From NCBI RefSeq assembly GCF_006345805.1, contig NC_043003.1, forward strand, positions 42,470,001 through 42,534,000: a DNA stretch of 64,000 nucleotides. The letters run 5' to 3'. A model generated the notes under the pieces. That model was not told the DNA's origin. It did not search any database and was given only the letters and a program-made list of their open reading frames with translations. The stretch's first letter is position 1, and each line of letters opens with the position of its first letter. Made by a program: the position numbers and the translations under genes. This stretch comes from Octopus sinensis. Taxonomy: Eukaryota. Of this stretch, positions 37,890 to 52,211 are shown piece by piece.

Positions 37890-40219
37890 AGGAGAGTTGA
37901 GACCAAATGGCGTATAAGAGCGAAGAGAGAAGATTAATTCCTGTTCACGGCGCAAACGGGAATCCGGATGGCCTCTGTGTAAGGACAAACTGAACACAGA
38001 TAGGTGTTGCAAGGAGTGACCGGTGGAGCGGAAATGGCATGAGACCGGTGTGTCGTTCGCAAGGTGGATGTCACGAAGGTGTTCCGCGAACCGGTCAGCC
38101 AAGCGGCGTCCCGTTTGTCCGATGTACAAGGAATGGCAGAGAGAGCAAGAGACGCAATAGATAATATTGCTGGAGGTGCAGGGGAAGGAGTGGATGATGG
38201 GATAGGGTCGATGGTGGGTGCTAGTGAGAGGGTGGTGTTGGAGAGGTAAGGGCAAGTGCGGCAACGTGGACGGGAGCAGGGGAACGAGCCGGGTTGGGAG
38301 GTAGGGTCAGGGAAGGAGCTATGGACCAAAAGGTCTCGAAGGTTGTGGGCTCGTTTGAAAGAGGGGAGGGGTCGGTTAGGGAAGAGGTGTGAAGTGGACG
38401 GTCGGACTGGAGATGACGGAAAGCTCGAAGAATGGTGCGTTGGAGACGTAGGGTCGTGGGGGGGTGTAAGTGAGGGGAAAAGGAGGCGGGAGACTACAGG
38501 CGGCGTTCGGGGAGAGAGAGCAGATACACGGTCCACGGACCGTGCTCTGGCAAGGGCGGTGTGGATAGTGTGTTGAGGGGGTATCCACGTAGGGTGAAGT
38601 GGTGAGCCATACGTTGAGACTGAATCTCAAAGTCATGGTCGTCACTACAGAGCCTACGTAGACGGAGGAATTGGGAATAGGGGATGGAAAGCTTGGTGTG
38701 TTCTGGGTGGGAGGAAGAGAAGTTGAGGTATGAGTGTGAGTCTGTGTGTTTGTAGTGAATGGAGGTGGTAAGAGTGGAGTGAAGAATGCTAACCGAAATG
38801 TCGAGGAAGGAGACAGAGGTGTTGGAGATAGTGGAAGTGAAGTGGAGGGCTGGATGGAAAGATTGGACGAAAGAGAGGAAGGAATCTAGATGTTCACGGG
38901 AGAGTGAGGTGGCACCGATAATGTCGTCAATGTAACGACCAATATAGTTCAGGAGTGGGACCAGTGAAATTAGAGAATATTTGGGCCTCAACATAGCCAA
39001 CGAACAGGTTCGCATAGTTGGGGCCCATTCGCGTTCCCATGGCCACTCCCGAGAACTGAAGGTAGAACTCGCCCGCGAACGAGAAGCAGTTCAGAGTAAG
39101 GACAAGTTCGGCCAGACGAATGAGTGTGGAGGTGTCAGGTACAGGGTTAGAGCGGAGGTCAAGAAAGTGTCGAAGGGCCTGCAGTCCTTCGTGGTGAGGG
39201 ATAACAGTATAGAGGCTTTGGATATCCATAGTAAAAAGGATTTTGGAGGAGCCGGGAGGAAAGGAGAAAGAGTTGAAAAGCCGGAGAGCATGGTTGGTAT
39301 CGTGGATGTGGGAGGGAAGAGATGCCACTAGGGGGGCAAGGACACGGTCGAGGTATTTAGAGATGAGCTCCGTGGGCAGTTACAGGCGGAGACGATGGGG
39401 CGGCCAGGGTTGTTGGGTTTGTGGATTTTGGGGAAGAAGTAAATGGTGGGGGTACGTGGTTTCGCACAATTAGGTTGGATGCGGTGCGGGGGAGACGGGA
39501 GGACGAGATGAGGTCGCGGACAGTAGAGGATACCGTCTGTTGGTAGCTACGTGTGGGGTTAGAGGGCAGAGGGGAGTAGAAGGAGGTGTCATTGAGTTAG
39601 CGGAAAGTCTCGGCCCTATAGAGGTCCGCGCGCCACACCACTACAGCTCCACCCTTGTCAGACGGTTTGATGATAATGTCAGCGCGCCGTTGGAGGGAAC
39701 GAAGAGCCAAGAGCTCAGCCGGGGAGATGTTGAGGCGGCGTTGGCGCCTGGAGAAGTTGAACCGCTCCAATGCACGCTGACAAGTGCCCGCGAAAAGATC
39801 CACTGCTAGGATCTGGCCAGGGGCAGGCGTCCACGGGGATGGTCGGCGGTCCAGGCCAGTGAAGCAGTCCTCTTCGTTGGGTGTGGGTGGCGAGTCGTGG
39901 TAATGCGCACCCAACCGGACACGGCGCACAAAGCTGTGGACATCAACTCGCGTCTGGAATTCCTTACAGGATGGAGTGAGGGGGATGAAACGCAGACCCC
40001 TACCAAGGACGGAGCGTTCAGCCGCAGAGAGGGGAAGATCGGGGGGAATGGTAACAACAGACGGAAGTGGAGAAGGGGTGGGTGGAATAGAAGTAGGAGG
40101 GGTGGTAGGTCTCGTGGAGGTCTGAGGGGGAGGGATTGGGGAGGTGTGTGTGTGGGGGGGGAGTAGGGTTAGGTGTAGGTGGATGGAGCCTATCGGAGGG
40201 GAGAAGGGGTTGTAGGGAG

Positions 40220-40222
<3 letters not shown>
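37890..40222 (-). pseudogene. PLE RT and GIY-YIG polyprotein, disrupted
   Basis: VLGRGLRFIP, IIKPSDKGGAVVVW, PKIHKP, TMDIQSLYT, SGVAMGTRMGPNYANL, RYIDD, SFLDI, CSRPRCRTC, NIIYCVSCSLCHSLYIGQTGRRL, EQELIF. Several frameshifts and a TAA at about 39597. Confidence 0.95.
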
Positions 40223-40277
<55 letters not shown>

Positions 40278-40281
<4 letters not shown>

Positions 40282-40430
40282 GTTTCTTTCCGTTTCTCTC
40301 TACAAATCCATTCACAATATTTGGGTCGGCCCGAAGCTAGAGCAGAAGACACTTGCCCAAGGTGCTACGCAGAGGGACTAAATCTGGACCATGTGCTTGG
40401 GAAGCAAGATTCTTACCAGACATGCGCCTC
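40278..40430 (-). mobile_element. SINE family A, 5' half
   Basis: GAAGACACTTGCCCAAGGTGCTACGCAG, reverse complement of the head. Confidence 0.75.
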
Positions 40431-40539
40431 ACACACACACACACACATACACACATGCATGCTTATATATATATACATATATATGTCTGTATATATATAA
40501 TATATATATATATATAATATATTATATATAATATATTAT

Positions 40540-40652
40540 CGGCTTTGTTCGGCCCAGGCTATAAAAGAAGACACTTGCCCGAGGTGCCACGCAGTGAGAT
40601 TGAGCCCGAAACCATGTGGTTGAGTAGCAAGCATCTTACCACACAACCACGT
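40540..40652 (-). mobile_element. SINE family A, head fragment
   Basis: AGAAGACACTTGCCCGAGGTGCCACGCAGTGAGATTGAGCCCGAAACCATGTGG. Confidence 0.75.
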
Positions 40653-40856
40653 CTAGTTTGCTTTGAATCCATGCTATGCGCTAATCAAATCATTTCACAA
40701 ACAACACCTACAGTTTATTCTATATACATCCTCACACATACTCTCATACACACTCGCACACACATTCGCACATACACACTCACACTTGCTAATACACAAA
40801 CTTATTTACATATACATTACAAACTGATTATTATACCTGTAGATGCGGGTCATTTT

Positions 40857-41290
40857 TACTAGCACGGGTGTACGCAATATCACGCATGTCTAGAATCCAT
40901 AAAGGGGATCAGAATTTTATACAACCGCTCTTTTACAATGCCTTTGTTATACAGTCCTAACACTGCTAACTTCGACTGTTGCTCACTTTTGTTGTTTATT
41001 CATGATGTTAGCAACAGTCATTGTGGTGGTAGCACGGCTCGCAATGCAAGCGTTCATTTCATTCAAGTGTCAGTTAGCGATCTTAATAAATGTAACGCTA
41101 CTAAAATAACAAATGCGAACAATACTTCCCGGGATGTAAATCAGAATCGCATTTCTATAGAACGTTTGGTCCGTAGAAGAACTAAAGATGACTTGAATTC
41201 TTCGATTGAGTGGAATTCTACTGCTGCCTTAAACTCTGACCCCTGTCGTAATTTTAGTTCTTCCATGCATGTCAGAAAGTTTCTTTGTCT
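40857..41290 (+). mobile_element. Possible Helitron 5' remnant
   Basis: TACTAGCACGGG start like 53401; peptide EWNSTAALNSDPCRNFSSSMHV loosely resembles the AAF.YDP..DYS motif of Helitron RepHel N-termini. Confidence 0.3.
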
Positions 41291-41329
41291 TGGAAAATAT
41301 ACAATATACGGTACGCACGTACATTTGTA

Positions 41330-41360
<31 letters not shown>

Positions 41361-41505
41361 ATGTATGTATGTATGTATGTATGTATGTATGTATGTATGT
41401 GTATGTGTATGTGCATGTGTGTGTATGTTTGTGTATGTGTGTATGAATGTGTATGTATATGCATATATAAAGAGACAGAGAGCGAGAGAATGAGTGAGAG
41501 AGAGA

Positions 41506-41546
<41 letters not shown>

Positions 41547-41617
41547 TTATTTATTTATACATATATACAAACATGTATATACCCATAAATATATAGATAT
41601 GCATACATATATATATG

Positions 41618-41678
<61 letters not shown>

Positions 41679-42637
41679 ATACACATTCATACATACACAT
41701 ATACATATAACATACTCTCTGTCTGTATGGAAATATATGGCCGTGTGTGAATGTGTATACATACGTGTCTCTATATGTGTGTATAATCGTGTGTGTGTAC
41801 ACATATATTCAAACATGATAGTATGAATCCACACCAGTGTTAATCTGGGCGGAACCATTCTGGATTAAACATTTCGGTTATTTATGAATGACGCTTCACT
41901 GCTTGTTTACATATCCTCCCTCTAAGTACGTTAAATATCAGTAATCAACTCAGAAACAGGGATGCACTCAACTAAGGAACAATAATATAATGAAGTAGTG
42001 ATATTATATACAATAGAACTATATCTTTTCAGTGTGTAATACGCTGAATTTTCAAATTTATTGGCCTCGAGTTCGAATCCATTTCAAAAGTTTGCAGATA
42101 ATTTTATTCTTAACCTATTGTTATTTGTGTTAGATTTTCGGCAGTTTTGCAAAAAGAAGAAAATATTATATTTGAAGGGGAAAGTTTTGGTGTTGTAGAA
42201 TATATATCTTCTCGGATTTAGTTTGCTTCGAGTTTAGAAGATTTCAGTATATTCCATGTTATCATATTGAAGTTCCACAGTTAAGAGACAACTCAATGGT
42301 GGATTGATGGATGTTAATAGCGACGAAATATAGAAAATTGCTTCGATCTTTTATGTAGTGACTAATATACATATAAGCATGCAGACAGACATACACAATC
42401 ACACACACACATACATGTACATATACATATATATATCCAAGTGACAAAATTTGATACCATTATATATATCTATCTATATATATATATATATATATACAAA
42501 ATGGGAGAAAAACGCAGAACATCCAGAAGACGATACAAAAAACACGGGCGGGTCGTTCGAAGCCTTTAATCTTCAGTCAAGAACCGGATCATCCTCGCAA
42601 TTTCGGCTGAGATGCTTTACGTTGTTGTCCCATTTTG

Positions 42638-42670
<33 letters not shown>

Positions 42671-42689
42671 ATGGTATCAAATTTTGTCC

Positions 42690-42875
42690 CTAGGATAGAA
42701 ATTTAAACGGCAAGTGGAGTCGATTCCATCGGCTCCGAGTACTCAACTGGTACTTATTTTATGGACCCTAAAAATGAAAGGCAAAGTCAACCTCGGAATC
42801 TTTCGAATGTAAGGGGCAGAAAGAAATGCCGTTTAACATTTTGTCCGACGCATTAACAATTCTGGCATTTCACCT
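42690..42875 (-). mobile_element. SINE family B, old degenerate copy
   Basis: ACTGGTACTTATTTT...ATGAAAGGCAAAGTCAACCTCGG...AAATGCCG. Confidence 0.7.
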
Positions 42876-42889
42876 TTGATATATTCAGT

Positions 42890-43125
42890 TTCTTATTTCT
42901 TTACTGCTCACAGGGGGCTACACACAGAGAGGCAAACAAGGAGAGACAAACGGATTAAGTCGATTATATCGACCCCAGTGCGTAACTGGTACTTATTTAA
43001 TCGACCCCGAAAGGACGAAAAGCAAAGTCGACCACTGCGGAATTTGAACTCAGAAAGTAGCGGCAGGCGAAATCCCGCTAAGCATTTCGCCAGGCCTGCT
43101 AACGTTTCTGCCAACACGCCACCGC
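42890..43125 (-). mobile_element. SINE family B, young monomer with terminal-type tail
   Basis: Near-consensus body; tail reads GAGCAGTAAAGAAATAAGAAA in element orientation. Confidence 0.88.
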
Positions 43126-43546
43126 TGTCATAATATGTTAAACTCGGAAATATAAAAGACGATGTCGACACTCAATAATGGACAATAAATGGATATAAAT
43201 AAGCATCTAAACAAAACAACATCTTTTATCGGGTGCGCTACCAACTTCACCATGCATTACATATAAAATGACAAATTAATGAACACACACACACACACAC
43301 AATAAAAAAACAACAACCCAGAAGACAACAAATGACCAATATAAACTCCATATTTAAAGCAGTTTGTCTTTGCATTATTAGAAACATATATATTCTCTTA
43401 GTCAGACTGTTTATACAACGCTTTATACAACTGTTTGTACATCCACGATAAATTATTTGGGAATATATATCTATCAATAAAAGTTACACTGACATGATAA
43501 GCTCAAAATTGTCTTTCTGAGACAGCCGAACGTATATATTTGTATG

Positions 43547-43582
<36 letters not shown>

Positions 43583-43636
43583 CAAATATAAGCACATACA
43601 CATGTATGTGAGTGTATCTATCTATATATATGTATG

Positions 43637-43668
<32 letters not shown>

Positions 43669-44074
43669 AGTGTGTGTATGTATGTACATATATACATATG
43701 TATATATATGTGCATATGTATACATACATATATCTTATATGGAGTGGGGCATTTATGCACGTAATGCTGTGTGAAATATTGTTATTGACTATGCATAGAA
43801 TAGAAATGCATTGATGGCGTCATTTCTGGTGTTCTTGTATACATATTCACCATTTCTCTGTGTACATGTGCACATCACTAGCAATGCCATCAAATCAAAA
43901 TAGACTATTTAATACATTTATTTATTATCAATGCGGAAAGTACAGGTCTAATATTTTTCTATATTATACAAGTCAGTAGGAACAATCTGGAAATTAGATT
44001 CAACGTGCCAGCGTTTCTTTCAGAAATGATTTGTATCATGGTTTAGTCAATTATAGCAGCCTAATATATTATTT

Positions 44075-44285
44075 TTGTGGTTTGGCAGAGTTGTTAAAGC
44101 ATTGTGCAAAATGCCTTGCGGTATTCATTATTGCTCTTCACTTGTTGAGTTTAAAGGTCACCAATGGTTGTTTTGTCTTTCATCCTTCTGGGATCGATAA
44201 AATTATGCAACAGCCAAGTATTGGGGTCGATATAATTGAGTGTAACAACTCCACAAATTTCTGACTTTGTAACTTTGGAAAAAAT
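44075..44285 (+). mobile_element. SINE family B, old copy followed by (GTT)n(ATT)n(CTT)n
   Basis: TGGCAGAGTTGTTAAAGC...CTTTCATCCTTCTGGGATCGATAAAAT...GGGGTCGATATAATTGAG. Confidence 0.7.
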
Positions 44286-44287
44286 TC

Positions 44288-44362
<75 letters not shown>

Positions 44363-44371
44363 TATTATTAC

Positions 44372-44421
<50 letters not shown>

Positions 44422-45419
44422 TATCATTATCATTATCATTCTTCTTCTTCTTCTTCTTCTTCTTCTTCTCTTCTTCTTCTTCTGATTATTATTATTATTA
44501 TTACTATTTTTAGTTTTAACATTATTATGATTAATTTATGAACTGTGCACAGACAGAATCGATAGAACGAACATAGGGCTATGATGTAATAATAGGCGAT
44601 TTTGTATGAAAATGCTAGCTAAGTTGTGTTCGAGTAGAGCAACACTTTCTTTTTTTATATGGGATCTATATTCCATAGTGGCCCCACCACGCGATCTTTG
44701 CAATGAGTTAATCAATGTTCACGTCTGGAATATTTCCTTGCCCTGATTAGGAAACGTAGTCTTTGGAAAACTTTTTTACTGTTATGGAATTAGCTAACCT
44801 CGAGAAACCTTCAGCGATTGCAGTCATCGTAAAGGTTTTAACTCAGGGTTATCCAGAACAAGACAAAATATAGTACGAGATTGTCGCTTTAATATGTGGA
44901 CTGCTTGTACCTTTGCACCGATGAAGGAGTCAAAGTTATTGGACTGTTCCTAGAAGTAGCGCATGTTTGACGCGAGTTGTGTAGGATATGTGAATGGTAC
45001 ATGTGTGAAAAATTAGGCAAAAATGAAAAGGGATGTGGAATGTATGGGAGTGAGCTTTTTTGGTGTTGACGGCAAATAGGTCATTCATTTACATAGAAGA
45101 AACTTGAGAAATACGTGCTTGAGAGATGACCACGCATGCGCAAGTTGTGATAGGTCTGAGTACGTGCTAGAATAGTGGTTTTCAACCATATTTTTTACTG
45201 TTGGACCTCTCTGGCGACTATTGCACTCTGGTGGATCCCCATCCCCACTTGAAGTTTAAAAAGTACTTTTATAGGGGTTTCTTTCAAAATTCCTATTATG
45301 CTTTTCATTCATTAATAACGTATGAGAATACATACATACATACATACATGCATACATATGGGAAGAATTGATAGCGGTAGAGTCAGTTCAGGCGGTCTTT
45401 CAATGTTGCATTGTATCAC

Positions 45420-46340
45420 TGAAACAACGCCTGCTGAAAAATATGAAAAGAAATGAGTTCATTCCACGCATACTTAAAAGTGAGAGCAAGAACATTTTCA
45501 GAGATGGAGGAGAACTGCTGAGCAGCTACTCTGAAAATACGATTGTCTCATGTGACCCAAAGGAGGCTGAACTGGTCTATCGACGCAGAAGCTCGGAAGA
45601 GAAGTAAGCATCATACCAATTAAAAGCAATGCATGGGTATATATCCCGTAAACTAGATAATATTAACTTCATTGACAGGAAGTGTGGCATCTCCCGGATC
45701 TGTGTCAGATACATTACATTCCACCTCTTAGAATATACCTCTGCTATCCAGGACCATGCGATAGCTATTAAGCACCTGATAAACAAGTGGGACAAAGATA
45801 CAACCAAATTTCTACGTTTTCACGAAAAATATCGGCTCTGCTATAGTATTGTGGAACATATCATCACCCACATCATCAACCGCTGCCCAAACTGTCTACG
45901 AGATAGTACCTGCCCCTCAGACATGATATAGCTGCAAAGACTATTTATAATACTATCCGAAGGAAAGAATTTCCTTGACATCAAAGGCACGTTAGAACCA
46001 GCTGGTATTCACACTTCTATAAACAAAGAATAGCAATGGAATACTCCAATAAAACCAGCAATCTGGAGCAAACATAACAGACCTGACATGGAACAAAACT
46101 CATGCACTGTTTTAGAGGTCAGCTGCCCAGCGGATGTGAATGTTAATGCGGAACTTACAGCTCTAGTGCCCTCAATACGAATTCTCGTTTGTACCTAACA
46201 TCATAGGTTCATTGGGTTGTGTAGCCACAAATTTACCCAATAACGTAGAAATACTCGGTTTCTCAATGAAAGAGCAAACGAAACTGATGCAGAATTTCCA
46301 AATCCAGTCTATTAGTAGCGCAATAAAGACATTAGTGTTA
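45420..46340 (+). pseudogene. R4/Dong/NeSL-type (RLE) non-LTR retrotransposon C-terminal remnant
   Basis: MHGYISR...AIQDHAI...KYRLCYSIVEHIITHIINRC (degenerate CCHC), KHNRPD, LEVSCPADVNV (PD..D/ExK-type endonuclease), LGFSMKEQTKLMQNFQIQSI; many stops and frameshifts. Confidence 0.75.
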
Positions 46341-46633
46341 CAATAATACATTCCAAAAGTTCTCTATGTGAGATTCTTATGTAAATAGATGCGTCGACAA
46401 TTCAACCAAGACACCAACTCAACCACATATTTACGAACATCGGGAAATCTCTTAGCGACAAAAGTCTTGTCGCTTTGTTAGCGACCGGCTCGAAGTCCAT
46501 TGAAAAGAACTTAAATAAAAGTCAATGAAAAGTCATACATGCATATATGTGTGTGGGTGGGGGTGAGTGTGTTCGTATGTGTGTGTGCATAATGTTGTAG
46601 TTGTACACATGGGAATAACATGCATAATGAAAC

Positions 46634-46686
<53 letters not shown>

Positions 46687-46839
46687 TATACATATATAAA
46701 TATATACATACATATACATATATATGCATATATATATATATATATATAATATATATATATATATAATATATATATAAATATATACATATATAAATATATA
46801 CATACATATACATATATATGCATATATATATATATATAT

Positions 46840-46890
<51 letters not shown>

Positions 46891-48263
46891 CATGCAGACA
46901 TAGATGTAGATACATAGATACAGACGTGGTTATTATCATCATAACATTTCTTACGCATGCGTATTCGGGACATTGTAGCTTTATGTGACAGAAATTATTA
47001 CCAACCATGCGTACATCCATGCCTACATGCACGCATACACGCGCGTGCACGCACAAACACACATGTACATGTGTGGGTGAGAGAGAGAGAGAGAGAGTTT
47101 GTGCTTTTGTTCGTGTGAGAGCGCGCTTACATGTGTGTCTATGCACATGTGTGTCTATGTACATGTGTGTCTATGTACATGTGTGTCTATGTACCCTGGA
47201 TAGAGACACAAGCAAACACACACAAACACAAACACACGCATATACATATCTATGTGCACGTAAGGTGTATACGAAAGTACAAATGTCATAATAACATCCT
47301 ACATTTCTGTTCAATGTCGGATCACCTGAAACTCAATATAAAACACTTTTAAACGATGTTAGATATTAAAGCATTGTTAGCTGACAGAAAACCTGGAAAT
47401 CTCGAGATATTTGACTGTTAAAGCCTAATGGCTCCCTGTACCCGCTGGCTCCGTTCACATTAAGCTATAATAGTTAGCACAACTCGGCTGACTTAACTAC
47501 AAAGGAACCTTCTTGAAACTTATTTCTAACTAATCGTGTACATTTATTGGTTTGGAAGTGGATGTATTTGCCTGAACCAAAATTGCATGTCGAAACAATC
47601 GATTCACGTGCGATTCCTCGGCAATCTATTGGCTATTTGTTGCTTCTACTATTCTGTGGTTTGTATATCTATTTGCTTTGATCTCGCCCTGTTGTATCGT
47701 TTATGTTGTATACATAATTATTTTTATGGCAAAACATTTATCCTAAAGGATCCGTTCCTTCACACAATGGGGATTCTATCTTTCTTTCACCTATAATACA
47801 ACATGAGATTCAGGATCGGTCAATCCATTTATTCACAGAACCATGGTGGTCATTAGCCGCTGACTTCGCTTACATGTGATTGCAAATATATATACAGAAG
47901 GTAAGTTTTATGAGAAAATCACAATTATTATAGCATTTTTTTTTTTAAGGATAACACTTATCTTTCCAAATCAACAAATTTTACCCAACAATTGAGATGT
48001 TAAACAACCTTGCAATGAAGCAGACTGAAGCGAGGAACAAACGATAGCTTTAGTCGATGGATACACGGATGAAAGTGACCCAACAAATTAAACAGGCTAT
48101 TATTTTGCATCTTATCCCAACTAAATTGAATTTGCAAATACTATATTATTCTCTCTCTCACTCTCACTCACTCTCTCTTTTTCGTTCTCACTAGCTCCAA
48201 TGAGCGCGCGCGTATATGTGTGTGTGTGTATGTATATGTATATATATATTATATACACGTGTT

Positions 48264-48314
<51 letters not shown>

Positions 48315-49025
48315 TCATATATATATATATGTATTAATGTAAATATACAGATATGTATGCATGTACACCACACACATACAAATACACACATACACACACA
48401 TCTTTATATTTTAAACGTGAGCGCAGACAGACGTATGGTCATGAGCTTCGTTTCACAAACAAGTGGCCATCATTTAAATCACTCCCACCAACGTGAACAG
48501 CAATCTACTCTAATGTTTTCTAAGGTAACCTCAAAGTGACTAAAACTTTCCGTTACAAACACAACAATTTATTAATTTTTTCCCCTTCAAAAGAATATTT
48601 ATTTCACTTTTCAATCACAATATATGCTAAGTCAATCTTCATAAATTCACTCCCACTCTCAGAATTTTCACAGATTTTTCTGTAAACTACAAAAATGGGT
48701 AGCATTAACAAACGAGACAAATAATAATAATAGGGTTAGAATTTAGCGCATAAACCATATGTAATCCCATATTTGACACACGTATTCCCACATCACCATT
48801 CCTATTCTGATCATTGGCGATGTTTCTTTCTGACGATAAACAATTGCAACACAGTAATATATTCAATATTGCAATGGTTGTATATGTCAGGTTTGATAAA
48901 CAAATTATATCAGGGTGATTACACAAACAATAGCAAGCAAAACACCAAGAATAGAACAGAAGCCGATAAAGTCAAACAGAGGCCACAACAACTATTTAGA
49001 GCCTACAGAGACGCATATATCATAC

Positions 49026-49059
<34 letters not shown>

Positions 49060-49209
49060 GCGCACATACATATATATATGCATAGATAGATACACACACA
49101 CACACACACAAACACACACAAACATACACACACAAATATACACGTATCAGCATACTTGTGCACACACATATATTACATTATATGTGTATATGTGGTGTGT
49201 GTATGTATG

Positions 49210-49243
<34 letters not shown>

Positions 49244-49425
49244 AGTTATATACATATATATGTTATATGCATAATATAGTATACTATAGTAGTATATATG
49301 CATATATATATATATATGATATATATATATATATTATATATATACATAAATATACATATATGTATACATAAATATATATACATATATGTATATATAAATA
49401 TATATAATCTATCATATATATTATG

Positions 49426-49515
<90 letters not shown>

Positions 49516-49769
49516 CTATATCACACAAACATGGACACAAGCAAACATATATGCGATATATACACATATGTGCAAGTACGCCGATACGTATATTATATAA
49601 TGCGTTTCCGAGTGCGTCCGTATAAGTTTGCAATTATGTCTGTGTATCCGTGTGTGCGTATCCCAGGATGTATATCATATTATATATTTTAGCTCAACTG
49701 GATACAGTATTGGGAAGTGTATCCATTACATAAAGATACTCCAATGGCTGTTGTGAGAATACGTATGCT

Positions 49770-49815
<46 letters not shown>

Positions 49816-49901
49816 AAATAAATGTGTGTATATACATATATATATTATGTGTGTGTGTGTGTGTGTATAAAATTATGTATATATATTATATGTATGTATA
49901 T

Positions 49902-49935
<34 letters not shown>

Positions 49936-50488
49936 GTATATAAAATTATGATAATATATATATATATGTATGTATATATATAATTATATGTGTGTGTGTG
50001 TTTGTGTGTATATATAAATAATACAAATATATCTACATCATATATATATGAATATATATATATATATATGCGTATATATACACACACGCTTGTATATGTA
50101 TATATATATATATGTATGTGTGTGTGTATGTATGTAAGTACGTACGTGTATTTGTATCTGTGTATCTGTGTCTGGATGTGTATATATATATGCATATATG
50201 TATGATGCAGATATATATGTATATAATTATATTTATTTATTCATATATGTACACATAAGTGCTCGAATGGGCACAATATGTATGTATGTGTGTGTGTGAG
50301 TGTGTGTGTGTATGTTTGTCTGTGTGTGTATGTGTTTGTACACATGCATACTTACACAGAGACGTCCACTTATATGATTAGGAAGAAAGGGGGTATGATT
50401 TTGATAATCTTTCATTATCTGCAACACCACACTTGGTATCAAAACCAATTACACTGATAAATGTATATAAAATATTGACATACTGACG

Positions 50489-50557
<69 letters not shown>

Positions 50558-50591
50558 CACACACACACTCACACATACGCATACACACATG

Positions 50592-50688
50592 TTGGTACCT
50601 TGGTATCTTGGTAGAGTATGGAGGACTGTTTTTGTCGTCCTAGTGTCTCGAACAGTTCTCCATACTCTACCAACATGCCAAGGACCAA
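50592..50688. repeat. About 97-nt near-perfect hairpin
   Basis: TTGGTAGAGTATGGAG/CTCCATACTCTACCAA perfect 16 bp, extended to 23 bp, 20-nt loop, basal CCTTGG/CCAAGG. Confidence 0.85.
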
Positions 50689-51412
50689 GATGGACATCCG
50701 CATTTTATCCAAGCACCCAAAGGCTCAGACAAATATAGGAGTACGTCCTCATAAATGAAACATCCCCAGTACTATATAAGAGATGTATGTAGTAGATATC
50801 AAAACCCCCATATCCACAGGTAGAGTAGAATAGTTAGTGGGCTGTTTTGTTGATAGATGTAAGTGTTTGTGTGGTTGTGTGTATATGTGTATATGTATAT
50901 GCACAAATACGTAGGCAAAAGTATATGAATGTAAACAGATAGACATACACACGCATCGGTACACAGGTTATATGAATAGACAAGCACACATACACACACG
51001 TACACAAATTAAGACTGAATCACATGAGCATATATATACATACACACAGTTCACGTCACACAAGGACATATATGGAGACACACGTCCGCACATATGGGGA
51101 TACGCATCCATACATATAGACACAGTACATACTTACAAAAAGCCCATAAACACACATACATACATGCATACACACGCATAAGCATGCATGCATGCTATAA
51201 ACATACATGTGTATGCACACACACACTGACCCACACATATGCGCACAAAATAAACAAAAAGCACGTAGCTTCAATAACGGAGAGAATCATCAACTACTGA
51301 AAAGTTTGCAAGATGCAACGAAAATTTTAGAAAAATAAAAAATGAGTGGGAATTTTACCGGTGTGTTAAATTATAAGGCACTAAAAGAGAATGACTCTCC
51401 TCAGGCACAACG

Positions 51413-51527
<115 letters not shown>

Positions 51528-51819
51528 GATATATATATCCATGTATATATATTATATTATCATTTATTGAACGCAACGCATCCGTTTCCAAGTGAGTATA
51601 TCTCCACCTTTTGATACGACTCTACTCTATATTGTTTTCTTCCTCCATCCTTCTCTAATTATCTCTTTCTTCCCTCCATTTTCACTGTTTTGTATCTGTC
51701 TCTCTCTCCCTCTCTTTCTCATTTCCTCTCTCTCGTTGCTCACACGTGACCATCGTCCATCATTCTTTTCCTTACGTGACCATATTTCTTTCCATGCACG
51801 GACGTTCAAAAGACTGGAC

Positions 51820-52167
51820 GTTTTTCTCTATGTCTTCTAACTTTTTTGTTTTCAAATAAAATATTTCTCCCAGCGTTCACTATTTTCCTCTCGTTCTACT
51901 CTACCGTCCCTCCACGTTTGTTTTCGGTCTGTTTTCTTATATGTCTCCACTATCCTGTTTTTGTTCCCAACTTTGACCCTCCATAAATCCAAAATGTTAT
52001 TTTAGAATTTATGGAAGCAACTGTCTTTCGTTGCATTTCGTTGCATGCTTGAAATGAGGAATAGATAGGTAGCCGACAACTGATGAAGGGTCCTTTCTTT
52101 GTGTATACTTATTTGCACCGTTGGTGACGTCCTGTACCCATATATGCATATATATATATATATATAT

Positions 52168-52211
<44 letters not shown>

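Larger units (their letters stand above)
36940..40222 (-). mobile_element. Penelope-like element 2 (GC-rich, Neptune-like)
   Basis: About 2.3 kb coding remnant, C/T-rich 3' UTR with a minisatellite, terminal pLTR with hammerhead; (TA)n tracts abut both ends. Confidence 0.95.

Noticed and set aside
45178-45195. TAGTGGTTTTCAACC, hAT/Charlie-like TIR
   Set aside because: No matching opposite terminus found.
46511-50205. YI/HT/CV-rich ORFs here and throughout the window
   Set aside because: (TA)n/(CA)n microsatellite translations.
52080-52135. Hammerhead in the 51.8-kb inverted repeat
   Set aside because: CUGAUGA is present but there is no GAAA or stem II closure.
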